Shown: positions 42,193 to 51,874 of the stretch, in pieces
Position numbering within the stretch: position 1 is the first letter of the stretch
How the letters are laid out: each line of letters opens with the position of its first letter
Origin: Thermodesulfobacteriota bacterium
GTDB taxonomy: Bacteria > Desulfobacterota > Desulfobacteria > Desulfobacterales > SURF-7
DNA length: 64,000 nucleotides
Reading direction: 5' to 3'
Assembly: GCA_049320885.1 (NCBI GenBank)
Contig: JBMORA010000014.1
Coordinates: forward strand, 85,612-149,611
Translations under genes and position numbers: made by a program
Notes under the pieces: generated by a model
The model's input: the letters and a program-made list of their open reading frames with translations, nothing else
What the model was told of the DNA's origin: nothing
The model's database searches: none

Positions 42193-42221
42193 TTGACACT
42201 GGGTAGCGCTTGGCATATGCT
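42193..42221 (+). promoter_or_regulatory. Probable sigma70 promoter
   Basis: TTGACA, 17 nt, TATGCT. Confidence 0.55.
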
Positions 42222-42345
42222 CGTTTCCCGAAACCGCCGGGACGGCTCCCTGTGAAAAACGAAATGAGACGTTCACGGCCCGTTGATTGCAAGCGCTTTT
42301 CGACTCCCAACATGAATGCGCTCCGACTGCCGGCAATGTGATGAA

Positions 42346-44772
42346 ATGATATCCGAAGAAGAAAAATCCGAAGAACGCAGGCAACAGACAGGCAGCCGTT
42401 TCTGGGTGGGATTGAATCTGCTCTTGTTTCCCATCCCCTCCCATTTCGCCCTGTTACGGGCCAGGGATTTCTCGCTGAAAAAGAGCTTTCTGCATCTCGG
42501 CATGACCGCCGTGTTGCTGGCTGTCCTCGCGGGGGCCGCCCTGCTGCAGATCCTGTTTCCGACGATCGGCCGCCTGTGGATGATCCTGCCGATTCTTTCG
42601 GGAATACTCGTGGCGGTGCTGAACCGCCGAACCATCGCGCAGTTTCAGCCCATGCAGTCTGTTTCCCTGGATCGACGCCAGGCGGTGGCGCTATTGCTGT
42701 TCCTGATCGTATTGACTGTCATCCACATCCTGCCGGAGGTGGATTTGATCGAATTGCAGCACGGCCAGGCGGAGACATCCACCGAGTGGATGCGGGAGCT
42801 TCCGCTGTGGCAAAGCGCCGTCATTCTCGCCATCGGAACGCTTATCGTGCTGGCGGGGTATGTCACCGGCACGACAGCCGTTTTTTCTCTCAACCGGATC
42901 ATCATTCTGTACGCCTGCTTTATCGTGATCGCCTCACAGATCGGCATCATCCTGTTGTTTGCCTGTCGATGGCTTCATCTCACGGGTGGGTTTCCGATGG
43001 AGCTTACGGCGGTTTCACTGGCCGCGGTTTTGGCGTTGGACTACCGGGATGCGACGACCTTCGGGCAGTTCACGAGGCGGTATGCGCTTTTGACCTGCAC
43101 CAAGGGGCTGTCGTTCCTTTTTTTGTGGCTCTGCTTTTTGGGCCTGCCGCAAAAAACCGCTTCCGCCTACCTGTCGTATTATCATAACCAGGCAAAATTC
43201 CTGCCCATGGAGATACCCTATGACAGCCTGATTTTCACGGACCGGGATCGGTTTGAGAACGGCCACAAGGCACTTTCCCGATTACGAAAGTTGTTCGCCG
43301 AATCCCTGCTGGGTAACCGCCCGGAAATGGCCGGCCGGATCATCCGGATCATGCAGGGGCAGGAAGCGCAATTGCTTCCCGCTGGTGACGATGTCTGGCG
43401 TTTGAAAGAACTGCTGGAAGCCGGGACATTTCCCAACACCGCTTTGTCAACCGGGGAGATTCCCTTTTTCCGTCCGGTGGCGGGCGCATGGGATGTTTTC
43501 ATGACCGCCCTGATCCGGCAGGGCGATCTTTCGGCCGCCGATGTTTCCGAAATCATCGCGGGATTTAAAGCTCTTCTGCCCAAATCCTCCGAAGGGCATC
43601 TGCCGGAGCTGGATTCGACCTACGATATTCATTATGTGGCCATGGCCACCGGCGCCGCTCTTGATTTTCTGCCCCCAACCATGCCGAACATCGAATGGCT
43701 TCTGGCAAGAAAGCGGATTCCCGTTCTGGCGCTGCCCTTCAGCGGCGAGACCCGCTGGGGCGCGCTGTTGGTGATCGACAAACCGGCCGGCATCGCCTGG
43801 TTCCGGGTGGCAACGGATAATGCCATGGAAAAAGCGATTCAGGCTCATTTTGATGCAAGTTCATCCGGCCGGCACCGGGAGGTCATCCTCACCCACCTGA
43901 TGGTTCCCATGGCGCTCACCCATCTGGAAGCCATCGTGCCGCATATCGGTGAGCCCATCGCCGTTCTGGGCAAGGAGGGCCTGGGCGCCGACCTGCCGGA
44001 AGGCCTGACTGGCCGAGCCCTCGAGGACATCCGGCAGTCCATGAGTCTGGTTTCCCGCGCCCAGCGTTCCCTGGAAAGCATTTCCGGCCAGACGATTCCC
44101 GAACCGGGTTCGGATTACGCCCGTTATATGCGATCCCTGGTGCGGCTGTATGACCTGATCTCGCCGAAAAACCTGGATTTCAATCTGCTGCCCGATCCGA
44201 AGAGATTCAACTCGGCTGAAAGCTGGCCGTCCAGGCTTCAACAGGCGGAAGATCTGGTACGGGCGATGGGCGGCTTGCGCGATATGGACCGCATCCCCAT
44301 GGTCCGCTACCTGCTGGACAACAAGCTGGCGCAATCGGCGCCGGGGCTGTTCATGCGTCTGGCGGCGCCGGCTCCGGTGTCATCGAACATGGTGGGGTGC
44401 GGTGACGCTTTCGATATCGGCCGCCGGCTCTTTTTGATGGGCCATTATCAGGAGGCCATGGATTACTTTGTCATTGCCCATAACCGGCATCCCTATGATT
44501 CCGCGTACGAAATCTGGTATCATTTGGCTCGATTGAAACTGCAGCGGGACCTGCCCGATTTCCGGTCCCTGCCGGAGAGACAGCCGGGGCCCTGGCTCTA
44601 TTACCGCACGCTCCTGGATATCCGGGAAGGCAAATCCGCGACGGCGCGGAAACGCCTGGAGAAGGCCGTGGAAAGGGACAGTCACGACTGCATGGCCAAT
44701 CATCTCCTGGAAACGTATTTTCAAAAACCGTTGGATGAAAGGTATTTTTTTCCTTCACCGGAGGGATTATAG
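42346..44772 (+). CDS. Multi-TM membrane protein with soluble domain and C-terminal TPR-like region
   Basis: About 8 hydrophobic helices at the N-terminus; TPR-like C-terminus. Confidence 0.7.
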   Translation: MISEEEKSEERRQQTGSRFWVGLNLLLFPIPSHFALLRARDFSLKKSFLHLGMTAVLLAVLAGAALLQILFPTIGRLWMILPILSGILVAVLNRRTIAQFQPMQSVSLDRRQAVALLLFLIVLTVIHILPEVDLIELQHGQAETSTEWMRELPLWQSAVILAIGTLIVLAGYVTGTTAVFSLNRIIILYACFIVIASQIGIILLFACRWLHLTGGFPMELTAVSLAAVLALDYRDATTFGQFTRRYALLTCTKGLSFLFLWLCFLGLPQKTASAYLSYYHNQAKFLPMEIPYDSLIFTDRDRFENGHKALSRLRKLFAESLLGNRPEMAGRIIRIMQGQEAQLLPAGDDVWRLKELLEAGTFPNTALSTGEIPFFRPVAGAWDVFMTALIRQGDLSAADVSEIIAGFKALLPKSSEGHLPELDSTYDIHYVAMATGAALDFLPPTMPNIEWLLARKRIPVLALPFSGETRWGALLVIDKPAGIAWFRVATDNAMEKAIQAHFDASSSGRHREVILTHLMVPMALTHLEAIVPHIGEPIAVLGKEGLGADLPEGLTGRALEDIRQSMSLVSRAQRSLESISGQTIPEPGSDYARYMRSLVRLYDLISPKNLDFNLLPDPKRFNSAESWPSRLQQAEDLVRAMGGLRDMDRIPMVRYLLDNKLAQSAPGLFMRLAAPAPVSSNMVGCGDAFDIGRRLFLMGHYQEAMDYFVIAHNRHPYDSAYEIWYHLARLKLQRDLPDFRSLPERQPGPWLYYRTLLDIREGKSATARKRLEKAVERDSHDCMANHLLETYFQKPLDERYFFPSPEGL

Positions 44773-47048
44773 TGAAACCGGGCAATCCACTGAGCGGATG
44801 GAAACTCACCGTTTATACTTTGTTTCTCGGACCGATCTTTCTCTGCCTGCACCTCTGGCAATATCGGAAAACCTATCCGCTGATCCGATTCCTGGTGACG
44901 TTGCCGCCCGCGGTTCTGCTGCTCTGCGCCTGGCTCGCCGTCTCTCTTTCCGCCAGCCCCAATTGGATCATCCTCCTGTATATTTTTTTGCTGGCGGTCA
45001 TTTTCGCTGCGGTGTTTATCTTCTCTTGGACCGTGGCGTCGGCGAACAAATCCCGGGAATCCTCGCCCCGTCCGAAAATTCTTTTCTCCAGGGGCATCGC
45101 CTGGATGACGTTCATGGGAACCGTATTTTTCAGCCTTGCCCAGGCCGTCCAGATCATCAATTACTGGGTTTTCGGCGAATACGTCATGGTGTATTTCTCG
45201 TCGACCGGTGGACCATTCAGCTCATGGGTTCTGGTAGGTCTGATATTCGGTTTTATCTACGGAATAGATGCAACCAACCAGTACTTCAACCGGGATATGA
45301 AAACCTTCGGGATTTCATTGGCGCTGGTTTTCCTGCTGATCCTGGTTTTCAGCATCGTTACGCTTTTTCTGGTGGTGTATCCGCTGCAGCGGCTGGCGCC
45401 GATTTCATATACGCCGCAAACCGCCGATGTCGCGTTTTACATTATCAACGGGTTGTCGATACTGCTGGCCGTTTTGTTTTTCCTGCCCGGAGGCGTGCAC
45501 ACCGGCATGCGGAAAACCGTCCTCGTAGTCATGGCCGCCGTGCCTATGATCATGCTGCACGCCATTGTTTTGTCGGGGTACGCCACCACCCTGAACCTGA
45601 TTGCGGCCTCGATCCTGGAGGAACGGGGACAACTGAATGCCGCGAAGGAACGGTACGCGAAAACCATCCCGTACATCGATTACGATCCGTTGCTGGCTTC
45701 CTTGCACCACCGGCAGGGAGTATTGAATGTCCTCAACGAAAACTACGACGCGGCGGAGGCTTCGTTCAAAAAGGTGATTGCGGACTATTCCGAGGGGTTC
45801 GATGTTTACAGCAAGGCAAGCCGGTATGTGGAAAGCTACCGGAAAAACAGATCGATGCCGGAAGGCGGCAGAAAGATTCTTTCGGTCCGTCACCGGACCT
45901 TCGAACAAGCGGCATCCTGTTTCCCCAATTCCCTGTCGGTGATTCTGAATTTTTATGAAACCACCCCCATCAGCACCCGCAAGTTGAGTTATGCCATCAA
46001 GGAGGGTTTCAGCCAGGGGACGTTCATCTGGAAGGTGGAGGCTTTTTTGCACCAGCGGGATTACCGGCTGATGACCACCTTTTGGGAAAGAAAGGAAACC
46101 CTGATAGACCTGTTGGAGGCCGGTTTTCCGGTCTTGATCTATGTTCCCGGGCATGTCTATACGCTGTACGGATATGATGCGCGGATGGAAATATTCTTCT
46201 GCTACAATACGGCGAAACGCAATCGCTGGGATGATGCGCCGTTTTTCGAGTTTCAGCGTGACTGGATGGAGGGTGGATTTCTGATGAGCGTGGTGGTGAA
46301 AAAGGGAGAAGAACAAAAACTGGCGGCCATCGTCCCCGGGATGATTCGGCATTCCGCTTCTCACCAGCTGTATCAAAAAGCCATGATCAGCGATTACTAT
46401 GCGCAAAAGGACAACTATTGGGAAGACGGCGACCGGCATCAAATCGCGGAAGGGCTCGGTGTGGACGCGCTGAAGCTCAATCAGGAGGAGCTGCATGCGA
46501 ACGGATTTCGATATTTGCCGTGGAATGAACAACAATGGCGGGAAGAACTGGCCCCGGACCTGACCGAAAAATGGTCCATTCAATGGGACCAGATCGAACG
46601 TCACGCGATCTATCTTCTCTTTCACCGACAGGTGGAAACGGCCCGGCGGCTGGTTCAGCAATACCAGAACCATTCCAATGAAGATGGCTATCGGAATGAC
46701 GACCGTCTCCTGGAATTGAGTCTGGCCGTGGAAATAGCGGACGGGAATCACGACGAGGCCCTGTCGCTTTCCGACAAGATCATCGGTAAAACGGGCCGCC
46801 ATGAGGATGGCATCAGCTGGGGACACTACTTCAAGGCGGCCAATCTGCTGGAAAAAGGCGAACTGAAGCGCGCCGCCGATCTGTTGCTGCCCCTGCTCGA
46901 TAAAATCGATCTCGGATATACCTCATCCGAGGCGAACGCCCGCAGCATCCTGGTGCTTCTCGCCAAAATACAGCAACGCCAGCCTTCCCTGATCGAACCG
47001 GATAAAGCCCGTTTGCTGGATATTTACCGGATCAGGTTCGCCATGTAA
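44772..47048 (+). CDS. Multi-TM protein with TPR and C39-like cysteine peptidase domain
   Basis: TM helices; QAASCFPNSL...GHVYTLYGYD...YN papain-like motifs. Confidence 0.7.
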   Translation: MKPGNPLSGWKLTVYTLFLGPIFLCLHLWQYRKTYPLIRFLVTLPPAVLLLCAWLAVSLSASPNWIILLYIFLLAVIFAAVFIFSWTVASANKSRESSPRPKILFSRGIAWMTFMGTVFFSLAQAVQIINYWVFGEYVMVYFSSTGGPFSSWVLVGLIFGFIYGIDATNQYFNRDMKTFGISLALVFLLILVFSIVTLFLVVYPLQRLAPISYTPQTADVAFYIINGLSILLAVLFFLPGGVHTGMRKTVLVVMAAVPMIMLHAIVLSGYATTLNLIAASILEERGQLNAAKERYAKTIPYIDYDPLLASLHHRQGVLNVLNENYDAAEASFKKVIADYSEGFDVYSKASRYVESYRKNRSMPEGGRKILSVRHRTFEQAASCFPNSLSVILNFYETTPISTRKLSYAIKEGFSQGTFIWKVEAFLHQRDYRLMTTFWERKETLIDLLEAGFPVLIYVPGHVYTLYGYDARMEIFFCYNTAKRNRWDDAPFFEFQRDWMEGGFLMSVVVKKGEEQKLAAIVPGMIRHSASHQLYQKAMISDYYAQKDNYWEDGDRHQIAEGLGVDALKLNQEELHANGFRYLPWNEQQWREELAPDLTEKWSIQWDQIERHAIYLLFHRQVETARRLVQQYQNHSNEDGYRNDDRLLELSLAVEIADGNHDEALSLSDKIIGKTGRHEDGISWGHYFKAANLLEKGELKRAADLLLPLLDKIDLGYTSSEANARSILVLLAKIQQRQPSLIEPDKARLLDIYRIRFAM

Positions 47049-47132
47049 CCGGCGTAGCCGCGCCGGCAACGGGAGAAGCACCTCCTGGATAAGAACGGCC
47101 GGTTATCCGTCTGTTCTCCCGCGGATTCCGGG

Positions 47133-48269
47133 TCATTTGCTCTGCCACCACCGGAAAAGCCGGAAATCCTCCACCATCCGCGGCTCTTTTTTCAGAAAGG
47201 CCAGGGGGGGAACCACGTTCAGTTCCTTGATATCCCGCGGGGAAGAGGAGCGCGCCAGGGCGTTCAGGTTGGCGAGCATGGTGGCGGACATTCGTGCGCG
47301 CGTATCGGCATCCGCGGTGGCGCTGTGGGGCGTGAAAATAAAACGCAGCTCCGGTCTGTCCATCGCAATCCTGCGGAATTCTTCCAGCGTGGCAGCCGGC
47401 AGGGGTTCGTCCTCGTAAACATCCAACGCCAGATGGATGGCGATATCCCTGTTTTTCAAGAGCCGGATCAGGGCGGAAGTGTCGACGATCCCGCCCCTTG
47501 CGGTATTGACCAGCAGGGCGTGGGGCCGCATGAGCTGGAGCAGATGTTCGCCGACATAATGATGGGTGTTTTCATCCAGGGGGATGTGGATGGAAATGAT
47601 GTCGGCGCTCTTGAAGAGCTGTTCGACATCCTCGTAATAGGTCAGATTCGGATAGGTTTCCTCCATTTCAGGGCTTTGGAAAATATCGCTGTAGGCGATG
47701 TGGATGCCCCAGGGAGCCACCCGGCGCACCACTTCCCTTCCGATTTCACCGAGACCGAGGATGCCGTAGGTAAGGTTTTCGGTGTTCTTGCCGATATGGC
47801 GGTCGAGCTCCCATTTTTCACCGGGCGCCCATTGACCGTTCCAGACATGGTTGTTGAGGCCGACGATATTGCGCAGATTGGCGAGGATCAGCGAAACGGT
47901 GTAGTCGGCGATGGTGCCGGCAAGAACACCGGGTGTGTTGGTGACGATGACTCCCGGATGGAGATGGATGTGGTTCCAGCCGACATTGCTGGTGCTGACC
48001 GCCTTGACGCTGGGAATGGAAAGGATTTCCTCGGTGATCTGGTGTCCCAGGTGGCAGCCGATGAAATCAGCCTCCATTTGCGTAACCGTTCGAATGATTT
48101 CCTCCTCGGAAGGAAAGCGGCTTCCGGCCACGACCACCTCGGCGGCGGTATTGAGATTGCTCCAGGCTTTATTGATCATGTATTTATACTTCACCGAAAC
48201 CTTCGGGTTGTCGGCGATCTCCCGGAAGACGGGGGATGCCAGATACACTACGGGTGTTTTTCCGCCCAT
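47133..48269 (-). CDS. D-isomer-specific 2-hydroxyacid dehydrogenase (glyoxylate/hydroxypyruvate reductase-like)
   Basis: NTPGVL, GLGEIG, NTARGG, DVYEDEP, TPHSA. Confidence 0.9.
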   Translation of the reverse strand: MGGKTPVVYLASPVFREIADNPKVSVKYKYMINKAWSNLNTAAEVVVAGSRFPSEEEIIRTVTQMEADFIGCHLGHQITEEILSIPSVKAVSTSNVGWNHIHLHPGVIVTNTPGVLAGTIADYTVSLILANLRNIVGLNNHVWNGQWAPGEKWELDRHIGKNTENLTYGILGLGEIGREVVRRVAPWGIHIAYSDIFQSPEMEETYPNLTYYEDVEQLFKSADIISIHIPLDENTHHYVGEHLLQLMRPHALLVNTARGGIVDTSALIRLLKNRDIAIHLALDVYEDEPLPAATLEEFRRIAMDRPELRFIFTPHSATADADTRARMSATMLANLNALARSSSPRDIKELNVVPPLAFLKKEPRMVEDFRLFRWWQSK

Positions 48270-48287
48270 GATGATCCTCCCTGCTCT

Positions 48288-49739
48288 TTATTTTGGTTCA
48301 GGCCAGTTTTTGATGACCCGGTTGCGGGCGTCCATGATGGAGATGGATACGATGTGATCGCCGTCCAGGCGATGCGTCGCACAGCTGATTCAGGGGTCGT
48401 AGGCGCGCACCGCCATTTCGATCCGGTTCAGGATCCCCTCCGTTACGTTACCGTCATGAATCAAGGCCCGCGCCGCCTGCTTGACGCTCAGATTCATGGG
48501 CCCTAGATTGTGGGTGGTGCCGACAATCATGTTTGCGCGGGTGATCAGGCCGTTCCGGTCGGTGGAATAGTCATGGATCAGGGTTCCACGGGGGGCCTCC
48601 ACGCATCCGACCCCGCGGCCGGCGCCGGGTTCATAGGGTGCCCGGATATCGGGATCGGTGATGTCCGGATCACTCAGAATTTCAATGGCGCGTTCACCGG
48701 CGGCGACCCCCTCGATCAGCCGGGCGTAGTGATAGAGCAGCGTGGCCTGGGCCGGCCGGCCGAAGAGGGAACGGAATTCCTCCAGCTCGGCCTGGGCCTT
48801 CGGGGTGGCCATGCGATCGCAGACATTGATGCGCGCCAGGGTGTTGGAACGGTAGATTCCTTTCGGCTTATCCACATCCAGGTCGAAGCCCTCATTCCAG
48901 CAGCGGGCGTAGGGAAACTTGCCGTAAGAGTAAGGTTCCACATGCTCGCCCAGGTAGTCGGCATAGTCCCGGGCTTCGAAATCCGTATAGGTGCCATCGG
49001 GTTTCATCAGGCGCAGTTTGCCGTCATACAGATTGTGAGCGCCGTTCGCATCCACCGTGCCGATGAAACCGGTGGTGATGACCCCCAGGGTCTTGATGGT
49101 GTCCATGTACTTCGGAAAAACGTTTTTCTTGGCGAAGTCCAGGGAAAACATTGAAAATTCCAGAACCTGCTTCATTTTATCCAGAATTTCCCGGCGTTCT
49201 TCCTCCAGCATGGGCTTGGAAAATCCTCCGGGCACTCCGGCAACGGGGTGTATGGTTTTACGCGAAAACCGGTCCAGAATCATTTTGACCAGATATCGTG
49301 TCTTGATGACCTGCTGGGCCAGTTCCGGGTTCGCCTTGGCGATGCCGACCACGTTGCGCACGGAGTAATCGGCATCCGGGCCGATGACGAAATCGGGGGC
49401 GGCGAGAAAATAGAAGTTCAACAGCTTGTCTTCCACATGTGCGATGGACTGCATCAGTTCGCGCAACTTGTGACCGGCCGGAGGCGGCGTGACTCCGAAG
49501 CAGCTGTCCACGGCCTTGTTGGAGGCCAGATGGTGCATCCAGGGACAGATGCCGCAAATCCGGCAGACGATGTCCGGGAGTTCCTCGGCCGGTTTGCCTT
49601 CGACAAATTTTTCGAAACCCCGGAGGGACATGTAGTTCACCCGGGCATCCTGATAGTTGCCCGCGTCGTCCAGCCAGATGTTGATGGACGCATGCCCCTC
49701 GATACGGGTGATCGGTTGAATGGTGATGGCCTTGGTCAT
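48288..49739 (-). CDS. mvhA: [NiFeSe] hydrogenase large subunit, MvhA/VhuA type; Sec at UGA 48390-48392 (483 aa)
   Basis: RIEGH, L1 RICGIC; readthrough gives L2 RAYDP-U-ISCATH plus tail to TAA 48288-48290. Confidence 0.92.
48357..48373 (-). promoter_or_regulatory. SECIS hairpin of mvhA
   Basis: ATCGCC-TGGAC-GGCGAT after a 16-nt spacer from the UGA. Confidence 0.8.
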
Positions 49740-49740
49740 G

Positions 49741-50685
49741 TCAGCTCGATCTCCTTTCGCGGCTAACCGGTGATTTCAGCAAGCCATGGGCTCCTGAAAA
49801 ACGGAGCAGCAGGGGGTTGTTGGGAATGGATTTCATATCAATGCCGTTGGAGGCCAGGGCGTTCAGCATGTCCAGAAGTTGATTGCCCTCATGGCGCACC
49901 GGGCCGTAACATCCGCGACAGGGAACCCTGGCTGAAATACAACGCGGAGTGACGGCGTCGCCGCCGCATCCCGCGCGGGTAACCGGTCCCATGCACAGGA
50001 AGCCCTGTTCCAGCAGGCAGCGCATGTTTTCGAGGGGCTCACCCGGAGCGCCGTACTGGGGGGCCGTCAGGAAACGCCTGACTTTTTTCAAATCGCCCTT
50101 GCCCTGGCGCACGGTGGGACAAGTGTCGCATACGCTTTTGGTAGGCACCGCAAGGGGCTTTCCCTGCACGAGGGCGACCAGCGCGGAAAAGATATGATCC
50201 GGGTGGGGGGGGCAGCCGGGCAGATGGATGTCCACCTTGATTTTTTCATCCAGGGCGTAGCAGGCGTCGAGGAGCGGTGGAATGCCGTCGGACGGATATG
50301 CATCCGGCCGGTCGGTGGTTTCGGTGGAATAAACGCGTTCCATGATCTCGTCCACCGCATAGGTGTTGGCCAGGGAAGGGATGCCGCCGTGGGTGGCGCA
50401 GGTTCCCAGGGCGATGATGAGGCCGCATTTTTTGCGCATTTCCAGCGCCACTTCCAGATGCTCCTCATTGCGAATGCCGCCGCTGATGATCCCCACATCC
50501 GCCTCCGGCAGGGATAGATGTTGCTGGTCTCCGCGTTGCCCGTAATATTTGCTGTCCACCAGCGCAGGAAGGTGGACGATGTCCGCCACGGCCAGAATGT
50601 CGAGCAATCGCTCGCCGGTGTCGATGATGGAGATTTCGCATCCGGAGCATGAATTCAACCATTCACTTGAAACTCGGACTCCCAT
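49741..50685 (-). CDS. mvhG: F420-non-reducing hydrogenase small subunit MvhG
   Basis: CSGCEIS, GTCATHGG, PGCPP, CMGPVTRAGC, VPCRGC. Confidence 0.9.
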   Translation of the reverse strand: MGVRVSSEWLNSCSGCEISIIDTGERLLDILAVADIVHLPALVDSKYYGQRGDQQHLSLPEADVGIISGGIRNEEHLEVALEMRKKCGLIIALGTCATHGGIPSLANTYAVDEIMERVYSTETTDRPDAYPSDGIPPLLDACYALDEKIKVDIHLPGCPPHPDHIFSALVALVQGKPLAVPTKSVCDTCPTVRQGKGDLKKVRRFLTAPQYGAPGEPLENMRCLLEQGFLCMGPVTRAGCGGDAVTPRCISARVPCRGCYGPVRHEGNQLLDMLNALASNGIDMKSIPNNPLLLRFSGAHGLLKSPVSRERRSS

Positions 50686-50718
50686 GGTTGTTGCCTCCTG
50701 TTACCAATGAAGTATCGT

Positions 50719-51837
50719 TTATCCCTTTACCCGTACTCCCTTTTTGCCGAGTTTCCGTCTGGCCTGCTGGGCGTTCCGGCGCTTGCGGGCTGATGAAGTC
50801 CGGACCAGGGTCAAGGCCCGGGTGGCGAATTCGGCATTGTCTCTAGCGCTGTGTTCCTCGATGGCGCCCGCGCCCCGGGCATCGGCGAAAGCAGCTCTTC
50901 CCAGGGGCGAACGGGTGATGACGGTGGTCCAGCCTTCCTCGGCGCCGAGACCGCCGAAGGAAATGTCGGCGAATTCCGAGGAGTAGTCCGGACAGAAGCT
51001 GCAGGCGAAACGCCGGATTCCCAGCAATTCAGACATGGCGATATGCCGGATTTCGCCGTTTTTGAGATGCACCATCAAATCGTCTTTGATATTGATTTTG
51101 CGCACTTCATTCCAGTCAAACCCGCCGGAATTCGACAGGGCGCGGCGTTCGGTCTCCCCGAAAAGGAAGTTGCCCGAACAGAACAGACCGAGGCAGAATT
51201 TGATGTTTTCCGAGGGAACCAGGCCCAGGGTCTGCATGCGGCGCACGGATTTGATCTGGCAGGGAGTACCCACCAGGGCGACCCGCTTCAGTCCTTTCTT
51301 CATGACCGGATCAAATTCCTCAATGGTGGAAAACGTCTGGTACTGGTCGCTGAAATTTTTCATCCCATGGGAGGTGTCGAAAAAAAAGCCGGCGGCCTCC
51401 TTGATCTCCTCGGTGGAGGTAGCCAGGAAGGGCCGGCGCTGAAAGGACCCGGATTGTTTGGTGACGATGGCGCCGTCGATGCGGCCGCGCTCGAAAAGAT
51501 GCAAAAGGAGGGCCGTCACGACGCCCCCGTCGGTGGCGTTCTTGCGAACCGCCGCATCCCCGGAACGGGCCACGGTGGTTTCGATGATCCGGCCCATGGG
51601 CGCGGTCCAGCCTGCCCGCTCGATGGTTTCGGCTTCCAGTTCGTCGACTTCCGGGCAGATGGCATGGCAGAGGCCGCACTCGATGCATTTCTCGATTTCG
51701 CCGTAGCGCGGTTTGCCGTCTTTATCCAGGTCGAGGGCGCCGTAATTCACGGCGCTGCAGAAGGTGACGCAGCCGCCGCAACGGTGACACAGGCCCGGTT
51801 TCTGTACATCCTGAATCAGGTCGAAAAAGGTTTTCAT
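50719..51837 (-). CDS. FrhB/FdhB-like flavo-Fe-S protein with N-terminal ferredoxin
   Basis: CHRCGGC, CIECGLC, DGGVVTALL, VGTPCQ, GLFC. Confidence 0.85.
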   Translation of the reverse strand: MKTFFDLIQDVQKPGLCHRCGGCVTFCSAVNYGALDLDKDGKPRYGEIEKCIECGLCHAICPEVDELEAETIERAGWTAPMGRIIETTVARSGDAAVRKNATDGGVVTALLLHLFERGRIDGAIVTKQSGSFQRRPFLATSTEEIKEAAGFFFDTSHGMKNFSDQYQTFSTIEEFDPVMKKGLKRVALVGTPCQIKSVRRMQTLGLVPSENIKFCLGLFCSGNFLFGETERRALSNSGGFDWNEVRKINIKDDLMVHLKNGEIRHIAMSELLGIRRFACSFCPDYSSEFADISFGGLGAEEGWTTVITRSPLGRAAFADARGAGAIEEHSARDNAEFATRALTLVRTSSARKRRNAQQARRKLGKKGVRVKG

Positions 51838-51874
51838 ACCCGCTCCTTTTCGAAAATGTCCGCGCAAGCAGGGT

